This document shows positions 46,185 through 54,449 of a stretch of 64,000 bases of DNA, piece by piece. Positions within the stretch are counted from its first letter, which is position 1, and each line of letters begins with the position of its first letter. Both the position numbers and the translations under genes were made by a program. The notes beneath the pieces were generated by a model. That model worked only from the letters and a program-made list of their open reading frames with translations, searched no databases and was not told where the DNA came from. The stretch comes from an uncultured Candidatus Saccharibacteria bacterium (lineage in GTDB: Bacteria; Patescibacteriota; Minisyncoccia; Phycocordibacterales; UBA2100): positions 266,050 through 330,049 of the forward strand of contig CAYNRJ010000001.1 of the NCBI GenBank assembly GCA_964399865.1. The letters run 5' to 3'.

Positions 46185-48020
46185 CTATCTACTGCCGCCA
46201 CCAACGATTTCCTTAACTTTTGCAGCGATTCGCTTTGCTGAAATACCCTCAAACTCCAACAATTCCTCAGGTTTGCCGCTTCGCGGTATCTTTTCAACCG
46301 CAAGTGAATGAACCTTATGTCCAAAAGGGGCAAGAGCTCCGGCAACAGCTTCTCCAAGTCCCCCTTCGATGTGGTGATCTTCAACAGTAAGGATGACTCC
46401 TGTTTCTTTGACACACGTTTGGAGCGTCTTTAAATCAAGTGGTTTAACGCTATAGAGATCCACAACTCGGGCAGATATATTTTCTTTTTTCAAAAGTTCC
46501 GCCGCAGCGAGAGCTTCGTGGAGCGTGATGCCTGCGCCCAAAATTGTTGCGACATCGTTTGCGCTCTGGCGCAAAATTTTACTTCCTCCTACAGGGAATT
46601 TCTCATCGGCGCCGTACAAGATCGGTGTTTCCTTTCTAGTCGTGCGGATATAGACGATTCCCTTCTCTGTAAGAGCTGCTTCAACAAGTTTCTCGCACGA
46701 GATCGCGTCCGATGGATACAGGACACTGCTTCCAAGGAGTGTCCTGAACGTAGCGATGTCCTCAAGACCCATTTGTGATGCGCCATCTTCCCCAATTGAA
46801 ACCCCCGCATGAGAACCCGCGAAGATAATGTGTGCTTTTGCGTACTGCGCCATGCGGATTTGATCGAATGCTCGCGCGAAGAACGCCGCGAACGTGGACG
46901 CAAACGGAATCTTCCCGCGGCGCCACAAGCCGAGTGCTACTCCCGCCATGTTTTGTTCTGCTATAAACATTTCAAAGAAATTCTTTGGGAACGTCTTTTT
47001 GAATTCATCGGTGTATGTGGAGTTACTTACTTCCGCGTCGACGACGACCATTTCAGGGTTCGCCGGGAAGAGGCGCACGAGCGCATTGCCGTAGGCTTTG
47101 CGCGTCGCAATAAGTTTCCCTTTTTCGTAAGAGATAGGTTTCGCTTGAGCTCGCGCCACATTTTTTTGAGTACGCGCGGATGGCTTTGCCAATTTTTGAG
47201 TAAGTGCGATATCTACTGTTCCTAATTCAGGGAGTGCGAGATCATGTTCTTCTTTTTTAAACACTTTTCCATGCCATCCGTCTTTATTTTCAACAAAAGA
47301 TATGCCCCTGCCTTTGAAGGTCTTTGCAATGATCATGACGGGCTTTTTTGCGCGAGTGGCTTTCTTGAATGCGCTCGTGATCGCGGAGAGTGAGTGTCCA
47401 TCCACCACAATCGCTTCCCACCCAAATGACTCGACACGTTTTTTATACGTCTTGATGTCGTGCCCGAGCATTGTTTCTCTGCTCTGACCAAGACGGTTCA
47501 CATCGATTATTCCGACGATGTTATCGAGCTTGTAGAAAGTCGCTGATGCCATTCCTTCCCATACAGAACCTTCCGCCATTTCACTGTCGCCAAGGAGCAC
47601 GTATGTCTTGTATGGAAGTTTGTCTATATATTTTGCTGCGAGTGCCATCCCAACCCCGACTGAAAGTCCCTGACCGAGAGATCCCGTTGGAACTTCAGTA
47701 AATGGCAAATCCATTGAAGGATGCCCTTCGAGTCGTGAATCAAATTTGCGGAACGTCGCGAGTTCCTCTTTCGGAATGCCGCCCGCGACCGCCCAGAGCG
47801 CATAAAAAAGTGGTGAGGCGTGCCCCTTGGAAAATATCAGTCGATCGTTATTTGGATTCGCTGGATTTTTTACATCAAAGCGAAAAAATCCACCAAAAAA
47901 GAGCACCGCCATAAGGTCGGTCGCGGAAAGTGATGAGGTGAGATGGCCCGAGCCTGCGGCCGTTGTCGAAGTGAGAATGTGATGCCTTAGAACTGCAGCG
48001 ACCCGCTTTAGTTGTGGCAT
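46185..48020 (-). CDS. tkt: Transketolase
   Basis: GSGH, SKGH, TGSLGQG, GDSE TPP motif, IAEQNM, GEDGASQ. Confidence 0.93.
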   Translation of the reverse strand: MPQLKRVAAVLRHHILTSTTAAGSGHLTSSLSATDLMAVLFFGGFFRFDVKNPANPNNDRLIFSKGHASPLFYALWAVAGGIPKEELATFRKFDSRLEGHPSMDLPFTEVPTGSLGQGLSVGVGMALAAKYIDKLPYKTYVLLGDSEMAEGSVWEGMASATFYKLDNIVGIIDVNRLGQSRETMLGHDIKTYKKRVESFGWEAIVVDGHSLSAITSAFKKATRAKKPVMIIAKTFKGRGISFVENKDGWHGKVFKKEEHDLALPELGTVDIALTQKLAKPSARTQKNVARAQAKPISYEKGKLIATRKAYGNALVRLFPANPEMVVVDAEVSNSTYTDEFKKTFPKNFFEMFIAEQNMAGVALGLWRRGKIPFASTFAAFFARAFDQIRMAQYAKAHIIFAGSHAGVSIGEDGASQMGLEDIATFRTLLGSSVLYPSDAISCEKLVEAALTEKGIVYIRTTRKETPILYGADEKFPVGGSKILRQSANDVATILGAGITLHEALAAAELLKKENISARVVDLYSVKPLDLKTLQTCVKETGVILTVEDHHIEGGLGEAVAGALAPFGHKVHSLAVEKIPRSGKPEELLEFEGISAKRIAAKVKEIVGGGSR

Positions 48021-48072
48021 GGTGACGCCAGTATACCCTACTCTCGGGAATGGAACAGAGGTCTTTGGGAGA

Positions 48073-48630
48073 CTATTTTTCTTCGCCCGGCACAGTTAGT
48101 TTTACTGTGGCGAGGAGGTTTGCGAAGTCAATTCGTATCGGATCTGTTGGCGTCTGGTACGTAACAGAAAACATTACGATACTATCGCCGTGTGCAAATA
48201 CGACACTCTCCCCTTGATACAATCCATCCCATTTGTAACTCACGACCTCAGCGCCATCGCGTTCTGCAACTGCCAGTTCATCGTCAGGAGATAATTGGAA
48301 ATTCGAATTACTTGAGGTGCGTACCCAATTCTCTGCTCCCATACTTCCCAAATAGCGATACACATCAACCGTGATCGCAACAGGACCTTCTCCGTTTTGT
48401 GGGACCGGAAGATTATCTTTATGTATCAGGGTAACTGCTGTATGCGCACTATCAATTGCTCTCTCTGTGAGTTCGTATTGTTTCGGATATTCAAATTCGA
48501 TTCCCTCACTCGTATTTGAGTAGATTTTCGCTCCGAATATAGGCTCTACAACACCAAGTTGCATAAGAACGGCAAGGAGTACGATCGCCCCAAGAAGTCC
48601 ACCGAGCAGCCACAGTATTGGGTTATTCAT
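48073..48630 (-). CDS. Membrane-anchored hypothetical protein (PsbP-like pattern)
   Basis: TM helix, YSNTSEGIEFEYP, C-terminal FANLLATVK. Confidence 0.65.
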   Translation of the reverse strand: MNNPILWLLGGLLGAIVLLAVLMQLGVVEPIFGAKIYSNTSEGIEFEYPKQYELTERAIDSAHTAVTLIHKDNLPVPQNGEGPVAITVDVYRYLGSMGAENWVRTSSNSNFQLSPDDELAVAERDGAEVVSYKWDGLYQGESVVFAHGDSIVMFSVTYQTPTDPIRIDFANLLATVKLTVPGEEK

Positions 48631-48639
48631 ATTTATATA

Positions 48640-49383
48640 TTATCGTTTTTTAATTTCAAAAATAAAGGTGTATTCACTTTCCTCCAGTTCTGATCCTCCA
48701 ATTGCTTCTGGAAGAACTTCCGAGAGGGTTATCTCCTCCGCCTCTGTCGTTACTGGTTTCCCGAGTTCGAAGATCTGCGAAGCATCTCCGAGTCCACTCG
48801 TTAACTCCACGCGAAGTCGGACCGTTCCCGCCCAGACACACTGCACAGTACTAGGACAACGACTATCTTCCAAGACTTCGATAGGTTTTATCGTGACGCC
48901 GAGAGCTGTAACTTCTTGATCAATTTTTGCTTCCACATGCTCACCCGTATTGATCAGGGTTATTATCGCATCTACCTCAGTATTTCCTACAACCTGGATG
49001 GCAAGTCGTTTTGAGACATTCTCAAGAAGAGTCGCATAGCCCTTGTCGGACACCATTCGTTCAGCGGACGTTATAGGGTTTTCCTTATTTCGCTCAAATA
49101 TAATAGTGCCGTTTTCGGTACTATAGACCCCTTCTACGGTTTCAACTCCCTCAAAATCCTCGGCGGTTAATCCCGGGAACGCGATAATGAGTAGGTTTGC
49201 GTCAAATCCCTCGATAGGTTGCCCGATATCTTCTATCCCGAGCGTCACGAGGCGGTCTGCAAAGTACTCCTCTTGGGCGCTTACTTCAGGCTCCGGCGTA
49301 TTTCGCTCTCCTGCTGGTAATAAGAAAAAATAGCCTATTGCGGCCAAGATAATGATAATAACTCCAATTGAAAATGGCTTCAT
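48640..49383 (-). CDS. Membrane-anchored hypothetical protein
   Basis: TM helix; EDSRCP...CVWAG motif. Confidence 0.7.
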   Translation of the reverse strand: MKPFSIGVIIIILAAIGYFFLLPAGERNTPEPEVSAQEEYFADRLVTLGIEDIGQPIEGFDANLLIIAFPGLTAEDFEGVETVEGVYSTENGTIIFERNKENPITSAERMVSDKGYATLLENVSKRLAIQVVGNTEVDAIITLINTGEHVEAKIDQEVTALGVTIKPIEVLEDSRCPSTVQCVWAGTVRLRVELTSGLGDASQIFELGKPVTTEAEEITLSEVLPEAIGGSELEESEYTFIFEIKKR

Positions 49384-49435
49384 ACTGTATATGACTGAGT
49401 ACCGTGATAAATATTACAGGAAAACCTCTCGCACC

Positions 49436-50899
49436 TCATGTATCCCTCACTTCGAGAGATGGATCTACCTCCAGGTTTGCCTTGTAGGACTCTCTCATAT
49501 CTCGCGGATCAAAGATAGACTTCTGGACCTCTTTGCCCGCCAACATGTCTGAGATCCTCTTCGCTCCATATATAGAAGGCAAAAGCCCCACCCCGTTGCA
49601 CCCAAGATTGTAGAGTAAAACTGGATTGCATGGTTCGGGACCAACGAGACGGACGCGATTTGTGGTGTAGCCCATGAGACCGTGCCACGCAAACAACTCT
49701 TCCTCCCGATACTCTGTGTAGTACTGATAGGTATTTTTTAAGAAAGTTACGAAATTTTTCAATTCCCTCTTCTTGAACGGATGCTCCCTGCTATATTGGT
49801 GCGCTTCCTCCCACCATTTGTCTAATCCGCCAACACACAGAAGATTCTTTGCGACATTTTCTGCGCTTGGCTGTGCAGGAACTCCTTCTTTCGGCGACAT
49901 ATCAAATGGACGACGAGTAAGGTAGTAATACGGATCATCCGGATCTGCACCTTTTTCTGTGTAATAACTTATCGCTGTCGGAGGTCTGTCCATCGGCTCG
50001 AGAAATCCTGCCATATAGCTCACCTTTCCCATGACGGTGTGGTGAAATTCGGTATCGATATCCGGCCCTGCATTATTTTTTATCTTGATGCGCTTAAACC
50101 CATTGGTGCAGAGGAGCACGCGCTTGGCGTGGATCGTATGCTCGTCTGTATAGAGCATCGCTTCATCGGCTTGCAGCTCAACTTTCGAAACGGGCGTCAT
50201 CTCTCGAATAGAAAAACGGTCGGAATATTTCTCTAGAAGTTTCTCTACTACTTCCTCTGTAAAGACCGCGCTATTCATGCAGCCTTTGTCGTAACAAATG
50301 GCAGCTATGTACGAAGCGTCTTTTGTTTCAAGAAGCGAGGTTATGTATTCTCGCGGGACGAATTGGCACAAGCTGCGATATTCGACCGGGATCGATTCTT
50401 CTTTGACGTCCTCGCCCGACACATAGATACGCTCAACTAATAGACCTCCCGCGGCTCGGAGAGCGTTATCCTTAAGATCAAGAAGCACTTGATCAAGATT
50501 CGTGCATCCCGCATACCCCGTGAAGCGCCACACCGGAACTTTGAGCTGCAGATCTTTTCTGATCTCTTCGAGCAAATCCCATGCGGACTCCACCGCGCCC
50601 TGTCCTCGGGCAGCGAGCTCAAGGCCGAATTCTTCCACAAGACTTGCGAAGGGCCGCTCAAAATAACTCGTGACTTGGCCCGCGTTGTGTCCAGTTGCGC
50701 CGTGAGCAACTTTATCCGCTTCTACGACGAGTACCGAGAACTTTGTGTAGCGAAGAATGAAATACGCGCTCACAATCCCTGCAATTCCACCACCCACGAT
50801 CGCGATGTTCACTTTATGCGGGCGGTCTATCGCCTGTATCGGGCGCGTGCGCTTCAATTGATGTAGCCACGGAGACCGTGGCGCTTGATGATGCTTCAT
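49436..50899 (-). CDS. FAD-dependent oxidoreductase (DAO/PuuB-like)
   Basis: IVGGGIAG, GATGHNAG, LCTNG, WHGLMGYT, GCNGVG. Confidence 0.88.
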   Translation of the reverse strand: MKHHQAPRSPWLHQLKRTRPIQAIDRPHKVNIAIVGGGIAGIVSAYFILRYTKFSVLVVEADKVAHGATGHNAGQVTSYFERPFASLVEEFGLELAARGQGAVESAWDLLEEIRKDLQLKVPVWRFTGYAGCTNLDQVLLDLKDNALRAAGGLLVERIYVSGEDVKEESIPVEYRSLCQFVPREYITSLLETKDASYIAAICYDKGCMNSAVFTEEVVEKLLEKYSDRFSIREMTPVSKVELQADEAMLYTDEHTIHAKRVLLCTNGFKRIKIKNNAGPDIDTEFHHTVMGKVSYMAGFLEPMDRPPTAISYYTEKGADPDDPYYYLTRRPFDMSPKEGVPAQPSAENVAKNLLCVGGLDKWWEEAHQYSREHPFKKRELKNFVTFLKNTYQYYTEYREEELFAWHGLMGYTTNRVRLVGPEPCNPVLLYNLGCNGVGLLPSIYGAKRISDMLAGKEVQKSIFDPRDMRESYKANLEVDPSLEVRDT

Positions 50900-51007
50900 T
50901 GCAGATAAAGTATACCGCGCGAGAAAAGCAGTTCGAAATAAATACGGGGAAAAAGTTAGAGGGATGCGCCGCGTGATTTTTCTTCATTATCGTTATACTA
51001 TTCCAGC

Positions 51008-52051
51008 ATGAACGCTGCTTTCACGATCGGTCAGAGAATATTCTTTTTTGCACTTCTATTTGGTGCCAGCGCATTCTTTCTTTGGATGGTCCGTGACTAC
51101 CTATTCCCTGTATTTTGGGCGATAGTGTTTTCTCTCCTACTGCACCCTGTATACGCGAGGCTCCAAAGGAAAATGAACGACACATTTGCTTCAGCACTTA
51201 CAATGGTTTTTGCACTTATCGTGGTTGTCCTCCCAGTATCTCTCCTTGCGACCCAGATCGCGCAGGAAGCATTTTCCTTATATCGCTCGCTTTCAGAAAG
51301 CTCATTCCTTTCTTCATTTACGTTACCTGAACCTATCTCCCACCTCATCGGCATATTTGGATATGACACCGATAACATACAGACAGATGTGAGCGCGTGG
51401 ATTAGTGCAGCGAGTGCGTGGATATTTTCCGAGGCTGTTGCTATCAGCTCAGCGACATTCACTGTCATCATTAAAACGCTCTTCATGCTCTACCTCCTCT
51501 TTTTCTTCCTTCGTGACGGAGAGAAACTCGGTCACTATGTCATGCACCGTTTACCGCTTGGCGATGCGAAAGAGAACGCACTATTTGTTCGATTCGCTTC
51601 TACAACACGCGCGATGATGAAAGGCACGATAGTTGTTGCCCTCATTCAAGGCGTCATCGGTGGAATTCTTTTCTGGATAGCAGGAGTTCCGAATCCAGTT
51701 CTTTGGGGCGCAGTCATGGCATTCGTTTCTGTGATCCCTGCAGTCGGACCATTTATTGTATGGCTCCCTGCCGGACTTTTCCTTCTCCTCACAGGTCAGT
51801 TCGTTCCCGCGCTCATTATTTTGATTGGTGGTGGCGTAGTGATAAGTTCCGTTGATAACATCCTTCGACCAATTCTTGTTGGCCGCGACACTTCGATGCC
51901 GGACGCTCTCATTTTCATTGCCATCCTCGGAGGCATTAGCGTGTTCGGTCTTACCGGCGTCATCATTGGCCCAGTTATCGCGGCTCTCGTAATTACAATT
52001 TGGGATCTATTCGCAAAAGAGTTCAAAAAAGAATTGACGGCGCAAGGATAG
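51008..52051 (+). CDS. AI-2E family (PerM-like) transporter
   Basis: Multiple TM helices; FFFLRDG, DNILRP, GVIIGP. Confidence 0.9.
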   Translation: MNAAFTIGQRIFFFALLFGASAFFLWMVRDYLFPVFWAIVFSLLLHPVYARLQRKMNDTFASALTMVFALIVVVLPVSLLATQIAQEAFSLYRSLSESSFLSSFTLPEPISHLIGIFGYDTDNIQTDVSAWISAASAWIFSEAVAISSATFTVIIKTLFMLYLLFFFLRDGEKLGHYVMHRLPLGDAKENALFVRFASTTRAMMKGTIVVALIQGVIGGILFWIAGVPNPVLWGAVMAFVSVIPAVGPFIVWLPAGLFLLLTGQFVPALIILIGGGVVISSVDNILRPILVGRDTSMPDALIFIAILGGISVFGLTGVIIGPVIAALVITIWDLFAKEFKKELTAQG

Positions 52052-52167
52052 GTAGTTTGACAATCCCCTTTTCTTTCAGCATAGTGTGAACAGTGCCGTG
52101 CGCTACAGCGGCTTTAATTAAATGTAGCGATCCCGCAACGCTCCAAACCAAGAAAATGGGGTAAGCA

Positions 52168-52806
52168 ATGTTAGAGACCAGTGGGGTTGTACGCCCCCTC
52201 ATTGAATCCATCTGCGTCTTCAGTGGATCCGCGCTCGGGAACGATCCCGCGTTCGAACGGGACGCCAAGGAGATCGGGCGCATCATCGCCCTGTCGAAGA
52301 GCCGCCTCATCTACGGCGGTGGCGAGATCGGCCTGATGGGTGCTTCCAGCCTGAGCGCCCACGAGCACGGAGGGAAGGTTTTCGGCATCATGCCGCGATT
52401 CCTCGTTGAGCGTGAGGGCTTCCCGCATTACGGGGAGCAGATCCTCGTCGATGACATGCACGAGAGGAAGCGCAGGATGTACGAGGAGTCGGATGCCTTC
52501 CTCGTCCTTCCTGGCGGCATTGGGACGCTCGAAGAGGCCGTCGAGATCATGACGTGGAGGCAGCTCGGCAGGCATCAGAAGCCGGTCGTCTTCCTCAACA
52601 CGAACGGGTTCTGGAACCCGTTCTGTGAACTCATCGGGCAGATGGCTCAGAGCGGGTTCATCAACTATCCCGGCAAGGTGGTTCGCCTCGAGATGGTGGC
52701 CCACGTCGACCAGGTACTGCCGAGTATGTTCGCGCAGATCGACAGCAGGGGGCTGGAAGCGGCCAACGACGTCGACGAGACCACGCGTCTTCTCGCCAAG
52801 ACCTAG
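52168..52806 (+). CDS. LOG-family nucleotide phosphoribohydrolase
   Basis: ICVFSGS, YGGG...GLMG, MHERK, PGGIGTLEE; TTGACA-N17-CATAGT promoter near 52057-52085. Confidence 0.9.
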   Translation: MLETSGVVRPLIESICVFSGSALGNDPAFERDAKEIGRIIALSKSRLIYGGGEIGLMGASSLSAHEHGGKVFGIMPRFLVEREGFPHYGEQILVDDMHERKRRMYEESDAFLVLPGGIGTLEEAVEIMTWRQLGRHQKPVVFLNTNGFWNPFCELIGQMAQSGFINYPGKVVRLEMVAHVDQVLPSMFAQIDSRGLEAANDVDETTRLLAKT

Positions 52807-52834
52807 GTCATCGTAAGTTGCGACCAACGCCAAC

Positions 52835-52870
52835 GAGGCTCCGGGTTTACTCGGAGCCTCTTCATTTTTT
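52835..52870 (+). terminator. Intrinsic terminator
   Basis: GAGGCTCCG/CGGAGCCTC stem then TTCATTTTTT. Confidence 0.7.
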
Positions 52871-52937
52871 ATGAACTTTTACATTCCCGTGAATTTGTGG
52901 TATTAAACCACTCTCACTCTCTCGGGAAAGGAGAAGG

Positions 52938-53480
52938 ATGATGAGCAATCACTCCAATGCTCTCCCTCCCGCACCACCGGGAAAGGAGACGATCTTTAGC
53001 TATCTTCTGAACGCTTTCCTTTTCGTCTGCGCTTTCTATGCGCAGAAAAGACTGGCGTTCTCGTATCGGAATTTCCGCGTCGGAGCTGCGTGCATCGCAA
53101 GGCGTAGTAACAAGCCGTGGTGGACGGGTCGGAGGTATCGACTCTTCATCGCAGGCAACACGCAAGCGAAGCCCGGATGGCATCCGGAAAAATCGTGCTC
53201 CGAGAAGAAATTGATGAAGAAGGCCGAGAAGGCCGGCTTCGACAAGATCCTCGTGATCGCGATCGTGGCACCGGGACAATCCGACGACCACAGCGGCGTG
53301 TACTGGGGAGCTTTGATCCCTTGCGGTCACTGCCGCCTCGAATTCTCGAGCCATGTCGACAACGGCGGGCCCGTGAAAAGGGACACGCGTATTATCGCGT
53401 TCAACCTTGAGACGTGGCGGTGCGTGCGGATTACCGTCGCTGATCTTGCAGGATTGCGGAACGAATTCCGCGCTGACTAA
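52938..53480 (+). CDS. Cytidine-deaminase-like protein
   Basis: AFSYRNFRVGAA, GN, CSE, PCGHCR Zn motifs; AGGAG SD. Confidence 0.75.
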   Translation: MMSNHSNALPPAPPGKETIFSYLLNAFLFVCAFYAQKRLAFSYRNFRVGAACIARRSNKPWWTGRRYRLFIAGNTQAKPGWHPEKSCSEKKLMKKAEKAGFDKILVIAIVAPGQSDDHSGVYWGALIPCGHCRLEFSSHVDNGGPVKRDTRIIAFNLETWRCVRITVADLAGLRNEFRAD

Positions 53481-53513
53481 TCGGGGCGACCTTTCGAGGC
53501 CGCCCCGTTCGCT

Positions 53514-54020
53514 TTATTCCCTCTCCAGATCTACGTATTTATATTTGATCCCGTTCCACTCGTGCTCTTCTTCAAATACTTTTTTCGTAAATTCAGTTTC
53601 GTAGGGTGGGAAGAAAATGTTCGCGTCTTTTGATTCTGCGTCGATCAGAGTGAGGTACAGTTTGTCGACAAGTGGGAGCGCCTGCCTGTATATTTCTCCC
53701 CCACCACCGATATGGATCTCTTCACTATCAAGCGGCGTCGCAATCTCAATCGCTTTTTGAATTGAGTCGGTGACGATAACTCCATCATATTTCCAGGACG
53801 GGTCACGCGTCACGACAATATTTGTACGCTCAGGAAGCGGGCCGCCCACGTACCCGACGATAGATTCAAACGTCTTGCGCCCCATGATAATGGGATGACC
53901 TTTCGTGAGTTCCTTGAAGCGTTTTAAATCCTCCGGAATGTGCCAGAGCAATTTCTCATCCTTCCCGAGCTCGCGATTCTTCCCTATCGCCACAACCACA
54001 CAGATCCGCGGCTTCTTCAT
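53514..54020 (-). CDS. folA: Dihydrofolate reductase
   Basis: LLWHIPEDLKRFK, IMGRKTFES, LPERTNIV, IGGGEIY. Confidence 0.95.
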   Translation of the reverse strand: MKKPRICVVVAIGKNRELGKDEKLLWHIPEDLKRFKELTKGHPIIMGRKTFESIVGYVGGPLPERTNIVVTRDPSWKYDGVIVTDSIQKAIEIATPLDSEEIHIGGGGEIYRQALPLVDKLYLTLIDAESKDANIFFPPYETEFTKKVFEEEHEWNGIKYKYVDLERE

Positions 54021-54046
54021 CCATTTACTATATCATTTTCCACCCT

Positions 54047-54073
54047 GTGCAATGAGGCGTCGCCTCATTGCAC
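54047..54073. repeat. REP-like palindrome
   Basis: GTGCAATGAGGCG-T-CGCCTCATTGCAC; 24 bp identical to the reverse complement of 38354-38377; contains the stop codon of the adjacent gene. Confidence 0.85.
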
Positions 54074-54442
54074 CTTGCGCGAAGCGATGGCAATGATGAT
54101 TACGCTGACGACTACGTAGAGAGCACTCAGCCATTGGAATACCTGCTCGGGATATGGAGAGAAGAAATCGCCGGAGCCGGGCTCAGGATAGAAGACGAAA
54201 ATGAGCGCCGCGATTGGAACGAACCAGATCGCAAATTTCTTCCACGCCCTGAATGCTTGCGGAACGAAATAGAGGAGCGCAAAGACCAATGCCAACGCCC
54301 CCATGCCGTAGAAAAGACCCTTCCCCAACCTAACCAGCATTTCTCCGGTAATACCCGGGGATATGTTTGATTGGAGTATCAAGAAACCAGTTATTAGTCC
54401 TACTAAAGAAAGCCCTCCGGACAAGAGAATTCTATTCTTCAT
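54065..54442 (-). CDS. Small 4-TM membrane protein (candidate immunity/partner protein)
   Basis: 125 aa with four hydrophobic segments; starts 7 nt after the lipase stop. The immunity role is inference. Confidence 0.65.
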   Translation of the reverse strand: MKNRILLSGGLSLVGLITGFLILQSNISPGITGEMLVRLGKGLFYGMGALALVFALLYFVPQAFRAWKKFAIWFVPIAALIFVFYPEPGSGDFFSPYPEQVFQWLSALYVVVSVIIIAIASRKVQ

Positions 54443-54449
54443 GGAAAAA

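Noticed and set aside
52171-52833. 220-aa antisense ORF (also 15536-16291 and 60974-61699)
   Set aside because: Mirror frames of well-supported genes on the opposite strand.
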